Under the pieces are notes generated by a model. It made no database searches and was not told the DNA's origin. It saw only the letters and a list, made by a program, of their open reading frames with translations. Shown one piece after another: positions 12,789-22,013 of a DNA stretch of 64,000 nucleotides. The stretch's first letter is position 1. Every line of letters begins with the position of its first letter. Origin of the DNA: Patescibacteria group bacterium (GTDB taxonomy: Bacteria > Patescibacteriota > Minisyncoccia > Phycocordibacterales > PALSA-1337); NCBI GenBank assembly GCA_018971685.1, contig JAGXAG010000003.1, positions 24,366-88,365 of the forward strand. Reading direction: 5' to 3'. A program made the position numbers and the translations under genes.

Positions 12789-13853
12789 ATGAAATTCATC
12801 AAGAATAAAAAATGGAAGAAATGGAAAAGAAGAGAGATGATTTTATTCTTGGAGAAAATGGAGCTATATACGGCCTCGGGACTGGCACTGAATAAATCCC
12901 TGAGGATAATCGCCGCCGGTGCGCCCAAGAAACGCAAACCCTCCGTTACTCAAGCCGTGCGGGCGGTTGAAAATGGCGGTTTGTTGGCAAAATCGCTGGA
13001 AGAATACCTTGGCGCGTCGAAAACCGTGGCGGCGCTTCTGGAGCGCGGCGAAACGGCCGGCGAGCTAGTCAAAGCGCTCGGTCAGGCGAAAGCACTTATG
13101 GAAAGAGAAGATGATCTTTATAAAAAATGCGCTTCGGCGATGGTTTATCCTGTGGCTATCGGCGTATTCGCTTTATTGCTTACGATCGGGCTGGTCAGAG
13201 GCGTTATGCCGCAAATTATTCCGATGTTAAAAGGCCTCAATGTTCAGTTACCGCTTTTGACGAGGATCGTCATGTTCGCGTCAGACAATTTGCTGGCATA
13301 TGGCCCGTACATTTTCTTGTCGGCGGGCATGTGCGTTATCGTGGCGCCGATGGTATACAAGAAAATCGCGGCTATCAGAGCGTTTTGCCACTTTGCGGCC
13401 GCCGTTACGCCCTTGGCCGGCAAATTGGTCGTGCAATATTCGCTGTCGGTGTCGTTGCGTTCATGTGGCTCGCTCGTCAATTCCGGCATGAGCGTGGCCA
13501 AAGCATACGCCGATGTGACGGAAACAACATGGTTTTTGCCATTAAAAGTATCTTTGGCCCTAGAAGGCGAGCAAGTGGCGAGAGGCGTGCCTCTAGGAGT
13601 CGTGTTCGCCGGAATCAAGCACTTGCCGGAATATATCGCGCCGCTCGTGATCGCCGGCGAAGCATCTGGTTCTCTCGGCGACTCGCTTATCCGCGCCGCG
13701 GATATATTGGATCGCGACATCGAACATTCCTTGAGGCGGCTAACTGCGCTCATCGAACCAGTGATGATGGCGGGAATGGGATGCGTGGTCGGGGCGATTG
13801 CTCTTTCGATAATGATGCCCATTTATGACATATCGAAAGTTTTGCAACACTGA
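12789..13853 (+). CDS. pilC: PilC/GspF inner-membrane platform protein
   Basis: Two T2SSF repeats (GE.AG.L, AMVYP, LPLLT, GEASGSL, LIEP, MPIYD). Confidence 0.92.
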   Translation: MKFIKNKKWKKWKRREMILFLEKMELYTASGLALNKSLRIIAAGAPKKRKPSVTQAVRAVENGGLLAKSLEEYLGASKTVAALLERGETAGELVKALGQAKALMEREDDLYKKCASAMVYPVAIGVFALLLTIGLVRGVMPQIIPMLKGLNVQLPLLTRIVMFASDNLLAYGPYIFLSAGMCVIVAPMVYKKIAAIRAFCHFAAAVTPLAGKLVVQYSLSVSLRSCGSLVNSGMSVAKAYADVTETTWFLPLKVSLALEGEQVARGVPLGVVFAGIKHLPEYIAPLVIAGEASGSLGDSLIRAADILDRDIEHSLRRLTALIEPVMMAGMGCVVGAIALSIMMPIYDISKVLQH

Positions 13854-13887
13854 ACTGATTACCGCAAATTCAATCCTGATATTTCGA

Positions 13888-15342
13888 ATGTGCAAAAAGA
13901 TGATCAGATTTTCAACAAAACACGGTTTTGGAATAAATCAAGGAATTATTCTTGTCGACATTCTGTTCGCATTAACATTGGCCTCGGTATTTATCGCGGC
14001 GGTGACAGAATCGTCAATCGGGGCGCGCGAGATATTCGAATACGCCAAAAGGAAAAACACGCTTTTGGACATATTCGATAATTATCACAACGGCGGTGCT
14101 ACAACTTCCGCTGTTACGATAAGCAGTCGGCCGTTCGGCAATGATCGCACTGAAGATATTATCAGGATTTCCTCGCAACTGATATTTTCTTCCATCCAAG
14201 CCAGACCGTTTTCAAATATAAATGAAGTTGCCGGTACCCCGCTGTGTTCTGTTGATCTCATCAACAATACGGTTGTCGGCTCTTACGAGTATTTGAAATC
14301 CGCTGGATTGTACGGCGCGGCCGACGATTCGTCGTCTTCGGTACAATCTTCTTTGGTAACGCGGCCTCCGACCATCACGCCAATAGCCTTGCCGGTAAAT
14401 CCGTTATTGCCGTTGACGGACCTGCAAGTCAGAAATGGCGTCGCTTATATATCGGTGGATTCGTCGACCGCTTCTGATGCGGACTTATTGGCGGTCGATA
14501 TCAACGATAAGCGAAATCCGACAATACTTTCTTCCATCAACACGGGACCGGGGATTTCCTCGTTCGCGCTTGCCGGAAAATTCATTTATGCTGCAGCCGC
14601 AAGCACCGCAGGACAGCTGCATGTCATCGAGATAAACAATCTCAATAAGCTGACGGTCAAAAAGAGATTCAAATTGCCTCTGCCGTATGCGACTGCCACG
14701 CCACCTTACGGCAGCGCGATATTTTACGATCGAGGGATGATTTATCTCGGTACGGAAAAGTGGGATGGTCGCGAATTTTCTGTGATCGACATCACCAATC
14801 CGGCTGATCCGCAGATGATTGGCAGTTTTGAAATCGGCAGTAAAGTTAACAGTGTATTCGTTTTGAACGGCATTGCATATGTAGCAGATTCCGATCAAGA
14901 ACAGTTACGCGTGGTAGATGTGAGCGATCCGGCAAATCCTGTATTAGCAAATTCGTTCAGTCCTTCTGGTTGGGAAAGGCAAGAAGGCAAGGTTGTATCA
15001 ATATTCGAAGGCCGACTTACATTCGGCAGAACTTCCGGCGGTTTCAACATGACCGTTGACCACGAAGCTTTTTCTTGGGCGACAACTTCGCTTACATCCA
15101 TAATGCCACCCCATTCGATGGATGTGCCGGGCGGCGTTTACGGCGCGGTTCAAGACAGAAACGGTATATTTATGGCAACGCGCGATATCAACAAAGAGTT
15201 TCAAATAACAAACCAGATCATATCTTCAACAACTGTTATCGGTTATTCTCTGCCGGTAGCTCCTCAGACCATAACATGCGACAACGGCCGCTTATACATT
15301 CTGGCGCATACCGCGCCTGTCATATATGAGATATCTTTCTGA
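13888..15342 (+). CDS. Pilin-like protein with LVIVD-repeat beta-propeller (putative minor pilin/tip adhesin)
   Basis: Prepilin-like QG^IILVDILFAL + hydrophobic helix; repeats LLAVDINDKRNP, FSVIDITNPADP, LRVVDVSDPANP; start uncertain (13825/13888/13900). Confidence 0.75.
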   Translation: MCKKMIRFSTKHGFGINQGIILVDILFALTLASVFIAAVTESSIGAREIFEYAKRKNTLLDIFDNYHNGGATTSAVTISSRPFGNDRTEDIIRISSQLIFSSIQARPFSNINEVAGTPLCSVDLINNTVVGSYEYLKSAGLYGAADDSSSSVQSSLVTRPPTITPIALPVNPLLPLTDLQVRNGVAYISVDSSTASDADLLAVDINDKRNPTILSSINTGPGISSFALAGKFIYAAAASTAGQLHVIEINNLNKLTVKKRFKLPLPYATATPPYGSAIFYDRGMIYLGTEKWDGREFSVIDITNPADPQMIGSFEIGSKVNSVFVLNGIAYVADSDQEQLRVVDVSDPANPVLANSFSPSGWERQEGKVVSIFEGRLTFGRTSGGFNMTVDHEAFSWATTSLTSIMPPHSMDVPGGVYGAVQDRNGIFMATRDINKEFQITNQIISSTTVIGYSLPVAPQTITCDNGRLYILAHTAPVIYEISF

Positions 15343-15526
15343 TAATGCCAAGACCAATCAAGAGGTCGTCTTAGCGGTTCGTCTGACTCGCGGCATTACG
15401 CTCGTCGAGGTTGTGATTTACGCCGCGTTGTTGTCGGTCTTGCTTGCCGGATTCATTTCTTATGCCTATCGGACTCATCTTGATAACATCCGTTTAACAA
15501 ATGAAATCGAGAATGCTTACAATTGA
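15326..15526 (+). CDS. Very short minor pilin
   Basis: Class III signal RG^ITLVEVVIYAALLSVLL. Confidence 0.75.
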   Translation: MRYLSDNAKTNQEVVLAVRLTRGITLVEVVIYAALLSVLLAGFISYAYRTHLDNIRLTNEIENAYN

Positions 15527-15872
15527 CGGAAAACTATCCTATAAAGACGGCTTTGCCGCTCTTGTATCCGTAATCTTGCTTGCGGCTGGTACGACCGCTT
15601 TTTCCTTGTCGACGATGGCGTCGGCCTACTCGTATGCCGATTCCGTAAACCGTAGAGAGTTGCGAATCCAAGCTTCGTTGAATGCCGGCGCATGCTTGGA
15701 CACAGCCAGGCTTATGGTTGCCAAGGATAATTTTTTCACCGGTACCACGACGATTCCATATTTCGGTTGTGAAATAATTGCCGTGAATGATTCTGTTTCT
15801 TCCGTTTCCTTGAATGTAACCGCGCGGTTTGAAGGCGTGTCAGTGCAAAAAAGTGGCATAGCACTGTATTGA
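15501..15872 (+). CDS. PilX-like minor pilin
   Basis: DG^FAALVSVILL without Glu+5, followed by QA..NAGAC helix. Confidence 0.7.
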   Translation: MKSRMLTIDGKLSYKDGFAALVSVILLAAGTTAFSLSTMASAYSYADSVNRRELRIQASLNAGACLDTARLMVAKDNFFTGTTTIPYFGCEIIAVNDSVSSVSLNVTARFEGVSVQKSGIALY

Positions 15873-15882
15873 GATTGTATTT

Positions 15883-15901
15883 GCACATGTCCGACATATG
15901 C
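15883..15901. repeat. REP-like palindrome GCACATGTCCGACATATGC
   Basis: Imperfect palindrome of the same family as 11539-11573. Confidence 0.65.
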
Positions 15902-15909
15902 AAACCTTC

Positions 15910-15985
15910 GTCATTAAAAAGTCATACTTTCGTCACCAAATCGTTATCAATTTGTAATCGTATTGCAATCTCAGTCTGATACGCT
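15910..15985 (+). promoter_or_regulatory. Six 11-bp-period boxes plus -10 upstream of the major pilin
   Basis: GTCAT 15910, GTCAT 15921, GTCAC 15932, GTTAT 15943, GTAAT 15954, GCAAT 15965; TACGCT 15980. Confidence 0.8.
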
Positions 15986-16033
15986 TCTGTATTATTAGCG
16001 GTTTAACCTAGCGGCTAATCAGCCGTAAAAACT

Positions 16034-16540
16034 ATGAATATAAAACATAAGAAAGAGAATATGCGCAGCGGGTTTACATTGATTGAAGTGCTTGTAGTTA
16101 TCGGCATTATCGCTATCCTGGCGACGGTCGTATTGGTTGCGGTAAATCCGGCCCGTCAATTTGCCTTGGCGCGCGATTCCCAGCGCGTGAGCAATGTCAA
16201 CGCCATATTGAACGCCGTCCAGCAGAACATGGCGGAACACCGGGGAGTGTTCACTTGCGCCGGTTCATCAGTCGCCATACCAAGCACGCAAGATTACTTC
16301 ATAGCCACAAGCACGGCCGATGTGACGCAATTGCCTGCCGGCAGTAATATTATCGACCTGTCACCCTGTCTGGTGCCAGATTATATTTCCTCTTTGCCTT
16401 TTGATCCGTCGCAGTACGGCGCCTCTTGGGATGGGGTTGATAAGTATAATACCGGCTACCAAATATTCCGCTATGCCGACGGTCGCATCACCGCCAGTTC
16501 CACCGGCGAACTTACGCCGACCATTTCGGTGACCAGGTAA
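16034..16540 (+). CDS. Type IV (probable major) pilin
   Basis: SG^FTLIEVLVVIGIIAILATVVLVAVNP, ARDSQR, LPFDP; own promoter and terminator. Confidence 0.9.
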   Translation: MNIKHKKENMRSGFTLIEVLVVIGIIAILATVVLVAVNPARQFALARDSQRVSNVNAILNAVQQNMAEHRGVFTCAGSSVAIPSTQDYFIATSTADVTQLPAGSNIIDLSPCLVPDYISSLPFDPSQYGASWDGVDKYNTGYQIFRYADGRITASSTGELTPTISVTR

Positions 16541-16626
16541 TTCCGGTCATTTGGTTGACAGAATTTATTCATTTGTTATTAGAAGTGCATGACAAGTCTG
16601 GTATTGTAGAACCCTTGGATAAGATT

Positions 16627-16658
16627 AAGAAAGAGCCGCCGAAAGGCGGTTCTTTCTT
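16627..16658 (+). terminator. Intrinsic terminator after pilin
   Basis: AAGAAAGAGCCGCC-GAAA-GGCGGTTCTTTCTT hairpin. Confidence 0.8.
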
Positions 16659-16717
16659 CGGATGAAACCAAAAAGCTCTTGATGTCCTGGCACTATCTGT
16701 TAAAATCAGCAGTATAG

Positions 16718-17755
16718 ATGCAACAAAAACACCCGAACATACCTTTATTTGTTGCGGCGAGCTTACTCATTATAGCCGTTGCGATTATCGTACGAATATC
16801 TATGAATGTAGAATCTCCTGTAAATAACATAGGGAATGCTTATGTTGCGACAGAAAACAGCAGAATAATCAAACCCGATGCCGCCTTCTTCCAAATTAAT
16901 AGTGATCGAAATAATACCATCAGTGTTGTTTCGAGCAGACCAGTCGTCGATACCGGCATTGACAACAAAAACATCAGCAGTCAAGTTGGCGGTAATCATA
17001 CAAAAATCGCCACAGATCCATTCATGGCAATGACGGCCAAGGCTTATCTGATCGGCAATGTCGAGACGGGCAAGATTATCATGGAAAAGAACGCCGACGA
17101 GCAGATGCCGGTGGCGTCGATGTCAAAACTGGTAACCGCTATTGTTGCGACAGACACCATGTCTCCAACCACCACGATTACTATCACTCCGGCCGAAGCA
17201 GCCGCGCCGCCGGACGGTAGCGGTATCAGTGCCGGTGAAAGTTATTCGTTGCGGGAACTTTTGTATCCTATGCTCCTTGATTCGTCCAACATTGCGGCTG
17301 AAGCTATAGCGTCGTCGACTGATCGAGTCAAGTTTCTGGAAAACATGTCCAGTTATGCTTGGGAAATCGGCATGCCGCAAGCATATTTTGCCGATCCTTC
17401 CGGCGTCAATCCGCACAACGAAGCTTCAGCTAAAGACATTTTCACTCTTGCCAAATATCTTTATAAATTCAGGCCGGATATATTAAAATTGACCCGTACG
17501 CGGTCGACCTCGGTTGCCACAACTTCCGAACACGCAGCGCACGACTTCGAAAGCATCCACCCCTTCGTATCCGATCCGCGATTTATCGGCGGCAAAACCG
17601 GCCGCACGCCCGAAGCCGGGGAAACCATGCTGACCATTCTGAATATTGATGGTATACCCACGGCTTTTGTAGTCATGGGTTCTGCCTATGGTGCTAGGGA
17701 AGGTGACACGGAGATTCTTATAAGTGCAATGGAGAAACAATTGGTGCGGAGCTAG
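16718..17755 (+). CDS. D-alanyl-D-alanine carboxypeptidase (peptidase S11)
   Basis: N-terminal TM; SxxK (ASMSK), SxN (SSN), KTG. Confidence 0.9.
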   Translation: MQQKHPNIPLFVAASLLIIAVAIIVRISMNVESPVNNIGNAYVATENSRIIKPDAAFFQINSDRNNTISVVSSRPVVDTGIDNKNISSQVGGNHTKIATDPFMAMTAKAYLIGNVETGKIIMEKNADEQMPVASMSKLVTAIVATDTMSPTTTITITPAEAAAPPDGSGISAGESYSLRELLYPMLLDSSNIAAEAIASSTDRVKFLENMSSYAWEIGMPQAYFADPSGVNPHNEASAKDIFTLAKYLYKFRPDILKLTRTRSTSVATTSEHAAHDFESIHPFVSDPRFIGGKTGRTPEAGETMLTILNIDGIPTAFVVMGSAYGAREGDTEILISAMEKQLVRS

Positions 17756-18549
17756 TCCCGGGATTTTGCTGCTCTATCTATCGTTGTTGCAGAGATACTG
17801 TCTTTGCCCAACCAACCGCCGATCAATTCTTTTGTCTCGCGCGGGTCTTTCACTTTAATACAATCAATGCCAGTCGCTTTTGCCGGATAATCGTTGCCGC
17901 CCTGGAATAGTGCATCGCCGACAAAAACCATGCGGTCCAGCGGCATCTTCAGATATTCTTCGAGCTTTCTGATGCCGTAGCCCTTATTAACGCCACGCTT
18001 GGTGATATCTATGGAGGTGGTGCCGCCGATACGCACATCAAATTCCGGGATTTTGTTTTTCATTATGTCAACGATCTTTTGGCGTTTGGCATGTCCCGGA
18101 TCCCAGGCCGATTTAAGAGCCAAAGGCGCTTGCTGTCCCAGTGCCGAAAAAGTTATTTGTGAACCGCGATCTTCTATTTGCTGTCCGTAAATTTTGTCCG
18201 GCGTCGCGATTCCGGCCATCATGAGCGACTCGTTCAAGGCTGTCAAAATTTTCTCTTTTTCTTTGGGGGACAGGTGCTCGGCGTATTCTTCACACCACGC
18301 ACCTTTCCATGTGTACAATTTGGTGCCCGAAGTCGGCAACAACAACAAATTGCTCAAGCGGTCGCTTGCGGTCGGCAATCTGACCAGGAATTGTGTTTCG
18401 AATTGATGAAATCCGCCGCCGGAGATCACCGCCACCTTCTTTTTTTCCAGCAAATTGGAGAGTAATTCGCCCATATCCGATTCGAGTGGCGATTTTGAAG
18501 GCGCTAGTGTTCCGTCAAGATCGAATATTATAAGATCGTAGTTAGGCAT
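17752..18549 (-). CDS. HAD-IIB hydrolase, phosphomannomutase (PMM)-like
   Basis: FDLDGTL, ISGG, IEDRGSQITFS, IGGTTSIDIT, KGYG, FVGD..FQGGND. Confidence 0.85.
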   Translation of the reverse strand: MPNYDLIIFDLDGTLAPSKSPLESDMGELLSNLLEKKKVAVISGGGFHQFETQFLVRLPTASDRLSNLLLLPTSGTKLYTWKGAWCEEYAEHLSPKEKEKILTALNESLMMAGIATPDKIYGQQIEDRGSQITFSALGQQAPLALKSAWDPGHAKRQKIVDIMKNKIPEFDVRIGGTTSIDITKRGVNKGYGIRKLEEYLKMPLDRMVFVGDALFQGGNDYPAKATGIDCIKVKDPRETKELIGGWLGKDSISATTIDRAAKSRD

Positions 18550-18570
18550 TTGTAAACTGCGAACATCGGT

Positions 18571-20475
18571 TCATGTTTCCAGCATTTTCAGTATAGCACT
18601 TACTTTTACTGTCGCCACTCCGACTACGCTGTCGGCGGCACCGTAATATATGTACGCAGTATTACCTCGTACCACCAGGCCGCAAGGGAAGACGACATTG
18701 GGCATCGCGCCCTTGCGCTCGTATTCAGCTTCCGGCTCAAAAAGCGGTATTGCGGTGCGGGCTTTGATGACGGTTGGATCTTCCAAGTCGAGTAATACGG
18801 CGCCGATACGATAAGTTGTGCTCCATGATACGCCATGATACAAGAGCAGCCAACCTTCTCTCGTCTTTATCGGCGGTGCTGAAATGCCAACCTTGCCGCC
18901 GTCCCACATGCCGCGTCTTGGCGACAACATCTCGATACATTCATTGATTTTTTCTTTTGAAAAATCCAAAGAATTCAAAAAGTCGGCGCAAACACTTTCT
19001 TGGACACGATGAAAAACCATATACTTACCATTTACCGGCTCTGGCAAGATGGTGGCGTCTTTATCCATGATATTGGGCGGCGTGATCACTTGCGGTTCGG
19101 TCCAAGCACCCCACTTTTTGTCCAGGAATTCCTTTTCACCTATAAATGATACGGCTACGCGCGGCGTGCTGCCGTCATAGGCGGTGTAGGACATATAGAG
19201 GCGGTCGCCGATCTTGACTATGCGCGGGTCCTCACAGCCATAATTACTCTTTTCGTTGCCGCGTCTCTCGAAGACCGCACGCGGGAAATAAATCGGCTTG
19301 TCCAATCGTTCGTCGATGGATAGGCCGTCATGCGAAGCGGCATAGCCTATAGTAGATACATTCTCGTCGGAAACAGCGCGGTAGAGAATATGGATCTTGT
19401 CGCCGAGTTCGACCGCGGCCGGATTCATGGTGCCTTTCGCTTCCCAGGAATAGCCTGGTCTGGACGCGATGATCGGATTGCCGGGGAATCGGACGATTTT
19501 TTTCTCCTCGATACCAGTGATGCTTTTGAGCAGATTATCCAAAGGGATTGTGGCGACGGCGCAATAAGTGTCGGTGGCGCCATAATATACTTCCAAACGG
19601 CCGTTTTTGATGAGCGCGCCTGACGGGAAAATCACATTCGGTACCTGGCCGACTTGTTCATAGTATGCGTCCGGCACCATGAACGGTCCCTTGGTGCGTC
19701 CGATGACCGTACGCGGATTTTCCAAGTCCAACAAAATTGTTTCAATACCGAAAGTTACATCGGCGGTGCCGTATCTCTGGATATGCGCGTATACCACCAA
19801 CCACCCCTTGTCGGTTTTAACCGGTGGCGCGCCCAATTCCAAGTGATCGCTTGGCAATCTGCGGATATGGATCTTATGCGCATCCAGATTCTTCCGCCAA
19901 TCTTCCCAATATTGCGACGACCACATGTCTTCAATCTTGTCGAATTCAGCATAGCAGATATCCGATGGCGGGTGATCAGTGTTAACGGTCAAGAGCAGGC
20001 CGATTTTGCCGTTAATCCTCTCAGGAAACATAGCGATACCTTTTGCGTTGAACGGCGTTATCGCATGCTTTTCTTTGATCATATTCAAATCATCGCTTAT
20101 AGCCACGGCGGTTTTTATATTCTCGGCCGAGAATGGGTAGCCGCCGAGGCCGGTGTAGAAAATATAGTATTTGCCTTCAAATGCGGTGACGCGCGGGTCT
20201 TCACAGCCGAACTTGTCGAACGGTTGGTCTGGCCGTACCAACAGCTTTCTGTCGGTGAAGTGCCTTCTATCCGGTTCGGCCAAAGCCTTGGCAATCGCCG
20301 AAGTTCTTATATGCGGCTCTTTCAGCAGCTGCGGTTCGGACATCGCCCGATAGACCAAGTACATGTCTTTGCCGTGAATTATGGGACAGCCGTTAAAAGC
20401 GGCCGCGGCTTCCCATGGGTGATCTTTGGTGGGCGAAAGAATGGGATTGTGTTCGGAGCGGGTGAGAGTGAACAT
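18571..20475 (-). CDS. Tandem double-domain GH130-like glycosidase/phosphorylase
   Basis: Two copies of NPI..P...WE....N, YRA, GCEDPR, PP.KT..GWL..Y, NV.FP.G, YYGA.D; ATG 20475 preferred. Confidence 0.88.
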   Translation of the reverse strand: MFTLTRSEHNPILSPTKDHPWEAAAAFNGCPIIHGKDMYLVYRAMSEPQLLKEPHIRTSAIAKALAEPDRRHFTDRKLLVRPDQPFDKFGCEDPRVTAFEGKYYIFYTGLGGYPFSAENIKTAVAISDDLNMIKEKHAITPFNAKGIAMFPERINGKIGLLLTVNTDHPPSDICYAEFDKIEDMWSSQYWEDWRKNLDAHKIHIRRLPSDHLELGAPPVKTDKGWLVVYAHIQRYGTADVTFGIETILLDLENPRTVIGRTKGPFMVPDAYYEQVGQVPNVIFPSGALIKNGRLEVYYGATDTYCAVATIPLDNLLKSITGIEEKKIVRFPGNPIIASRPGYSWEAKGTMNPAAVELGDKIHILYRAVSDENVSTIGYAASHDGLSIDERLDKPIYFPRAVFERRGNEKSNYGCEDPRIVKIGDRLYMSYTAYDGSTPRVAVSFIGEKEFLDKKWGAWTEPQVITPPNIMDKDATILPEPVNGKYMVFHRVQESVCADFLNSLDFSKEKINECIEMLSPRRGMWDGGKVGISAPPIKTREGWLLLYHGVSWSTTYRIGAVLLDLEDPTVIKARTAIPLFEPEAEYERKGAMPNVVFPCGLVVRGNTAYIYYGAADSVVGVATVKVSAILKMLET

Positions 20476-20519
20476 TTCGATGAATAACCAATAATCAAGA
20501 TACAATAACCAAACAACGA

Positions 20520-21644
20520 TCAATCAATTTTACCATAGTCGTTCAACCAATCCAGCAACCCTTTGAGCGGCGTATGCGCCACGCACACATGCTTGTCGCC
20601 GCCGCCGTAGTAGACAAAGAGATCATTGTTTTTGATCGTGGCACCGCAAGCGTATACCACTCCCGGTTTCCAATCGTTCTCGTACCATTCCGACGGCACC
20701 AATATCGGCGCTGGCGAGCGCGCTATGACTTTGGTCGGTTCAGCCAAATCGAGCAGCATGGCTCCAAGCTTATAACCGATCTGCGGCTCTTTCTTGTCCA
20801 TGGCGTGATACAAGAGCAGCCAGCCGCGATCGGTTTTCAAAGGCGGCGGCCCGGCGCTGCGAACCAAATTATCCCAATGATTAGGCCGGCCCGGTTGCGG
20901 TCCGCTCTTTCTGGGACTTTCGATTTCTCGCGGGATCGAATCTATCGAATCGACATATTCTATCTCTATCTTCGGTACGATGGAGTGAATGATGGCGAAT
21001 TTGCCGTTGATCTTTTCCGGGAATAAAACCCAGTTTTTGTTTATCTGATTCTTGGAAGAAATGAATATCGGCCGCCTCCAATTCCAGCGCTTGTTGAAGA
21101 AATCCGACGCTTTGATCGAAGTCACCGCGATCCGGATGAAATCCCAGCCGTCAAAGGCGTTGTAAGTCATGTAAATATTGTCGCCGATCCTGACCAGTCT
21201 AGGATCTTCACAGCCGCCCCAACTGCCGCCGGAAGGGAACATGACGGGGTCGGGCTTTTTCAAATCGTCAGGAACATCTTCGACGATATTTTCCCTTGGC
21301 TTCCGCATGGCGAATACCGGATAATCTGACCGGTCATCGAAGCGCAAGCCGTCTTTGCTGGAAGCGTAACCGATGCGCGAGACGCCGTCGGAACCGATAG
21401 CGCGGTAGAGGAGATGCACGCCGCCCTTGTCGTCTTGGATTGCCGCAGGATTGAAAGTGCCGGCCGCTTCCCAGTCATTCCAAGATTGTGGCGATATGAC
21501 CGGATTGGCGCCGTGGCGCTTGACTTTGGAATGGCCATAAATTATTTCTCGGCTACGCGCGGCCGCGAGAGCATATAATAGGACAACAACTGCGGCTGCG
21601 AAAGCGATTAATGATATTAAAAGTGCATTGTACGATTGTTGCAT
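20520..21644 (-). CDS. GH130-like glycosidase/phosphorylase with N-terminal membrane anchor
   Basis: TM helix then NPVI, FNPAA, YRA, GCEDPR, KNWVLFPEK, PPLKT..GWLLLYH, YYGG.D. Confidence 0.88.
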   Translation of the reverse strand: MQQSYNALLISLIAFAAAVVVLLYALAAARSREIIYGHSKVKRHGANPVISPQSWNDWEAAGTFNPAAIQDDKGGVHLLYRAIGSDGVSRIGYASSKDGLRFDDRSDYPVFAMRKPRENIVEDVPDDLKKPDPVMFPSGGSWGGCEDPRLVRIGDNIYMTYNAFDGWDFIRIAVTSIKASDFFNKRWNWRRPIFISSKNQINKNWVLFPEKINGKFAIIHSIVPKIEIEYVDSIDSIPREIESPRKSGPQPGRPNHWDNLVRSAGPPPLKTDRGWLLLYHAMDKKEPQIGYKLGAMLLDLAEPTKVIARSPAPILVPSEWYENDWKPGVVYACGATIKNNDLFVYYGGGDKHVCVAHTPLKGLLDWLNDYGKID

Positions 21645-21832
21645 TTATATCGATTTATTAAACGGTTTTTTTCTAGATACTGTCCGTAAAAGACAAAATC
21701 GTGCCCGCATTGTGACACTTTTCTGATCGCCATATATTTTGGTGAAATTTTAATCTAGCGATCGTGCGGTTTTCATTTACATTGTAACATTTCCGCACAT
21801 GGTCATGCATTCCGTCAACCTGTGTATAACTT

Positions 21833-22000
21833 TTAGAATCGCGAAAGCTTGAATCCGGCCCAAATACCGGCGATGCCGCCGACTGTACTTAGTATTATGC
21901 TTGATATTGACAGGAAACTGCTACCCCAAAGCACGGGCAAATATCCGCCGACGGTGGAGCCGACGAACAATCCTGTCCAAATCAAAGATTTTTGATTCAT
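21833..22000 (-). CDS. Small two-helix membrane protein (55 aa, absent from the ORF track)
   Basis: Translated by hand: MNQKSLIWTGLFVGSTVGGYLPVLWGSSFLSISSIILSTVGGIAGIWAGFKLSRF*; starts 13 nt after the aspS stop. Confidence 0.75.
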   Translation of the reverse strand: MNQKSLIWTGLFVGSTVGGYLPVLWGSSFLSISSIILSTVGGIAGIWAGFKLSRF

Positions 22001-22013
22001 AGTCGGGAAATTA

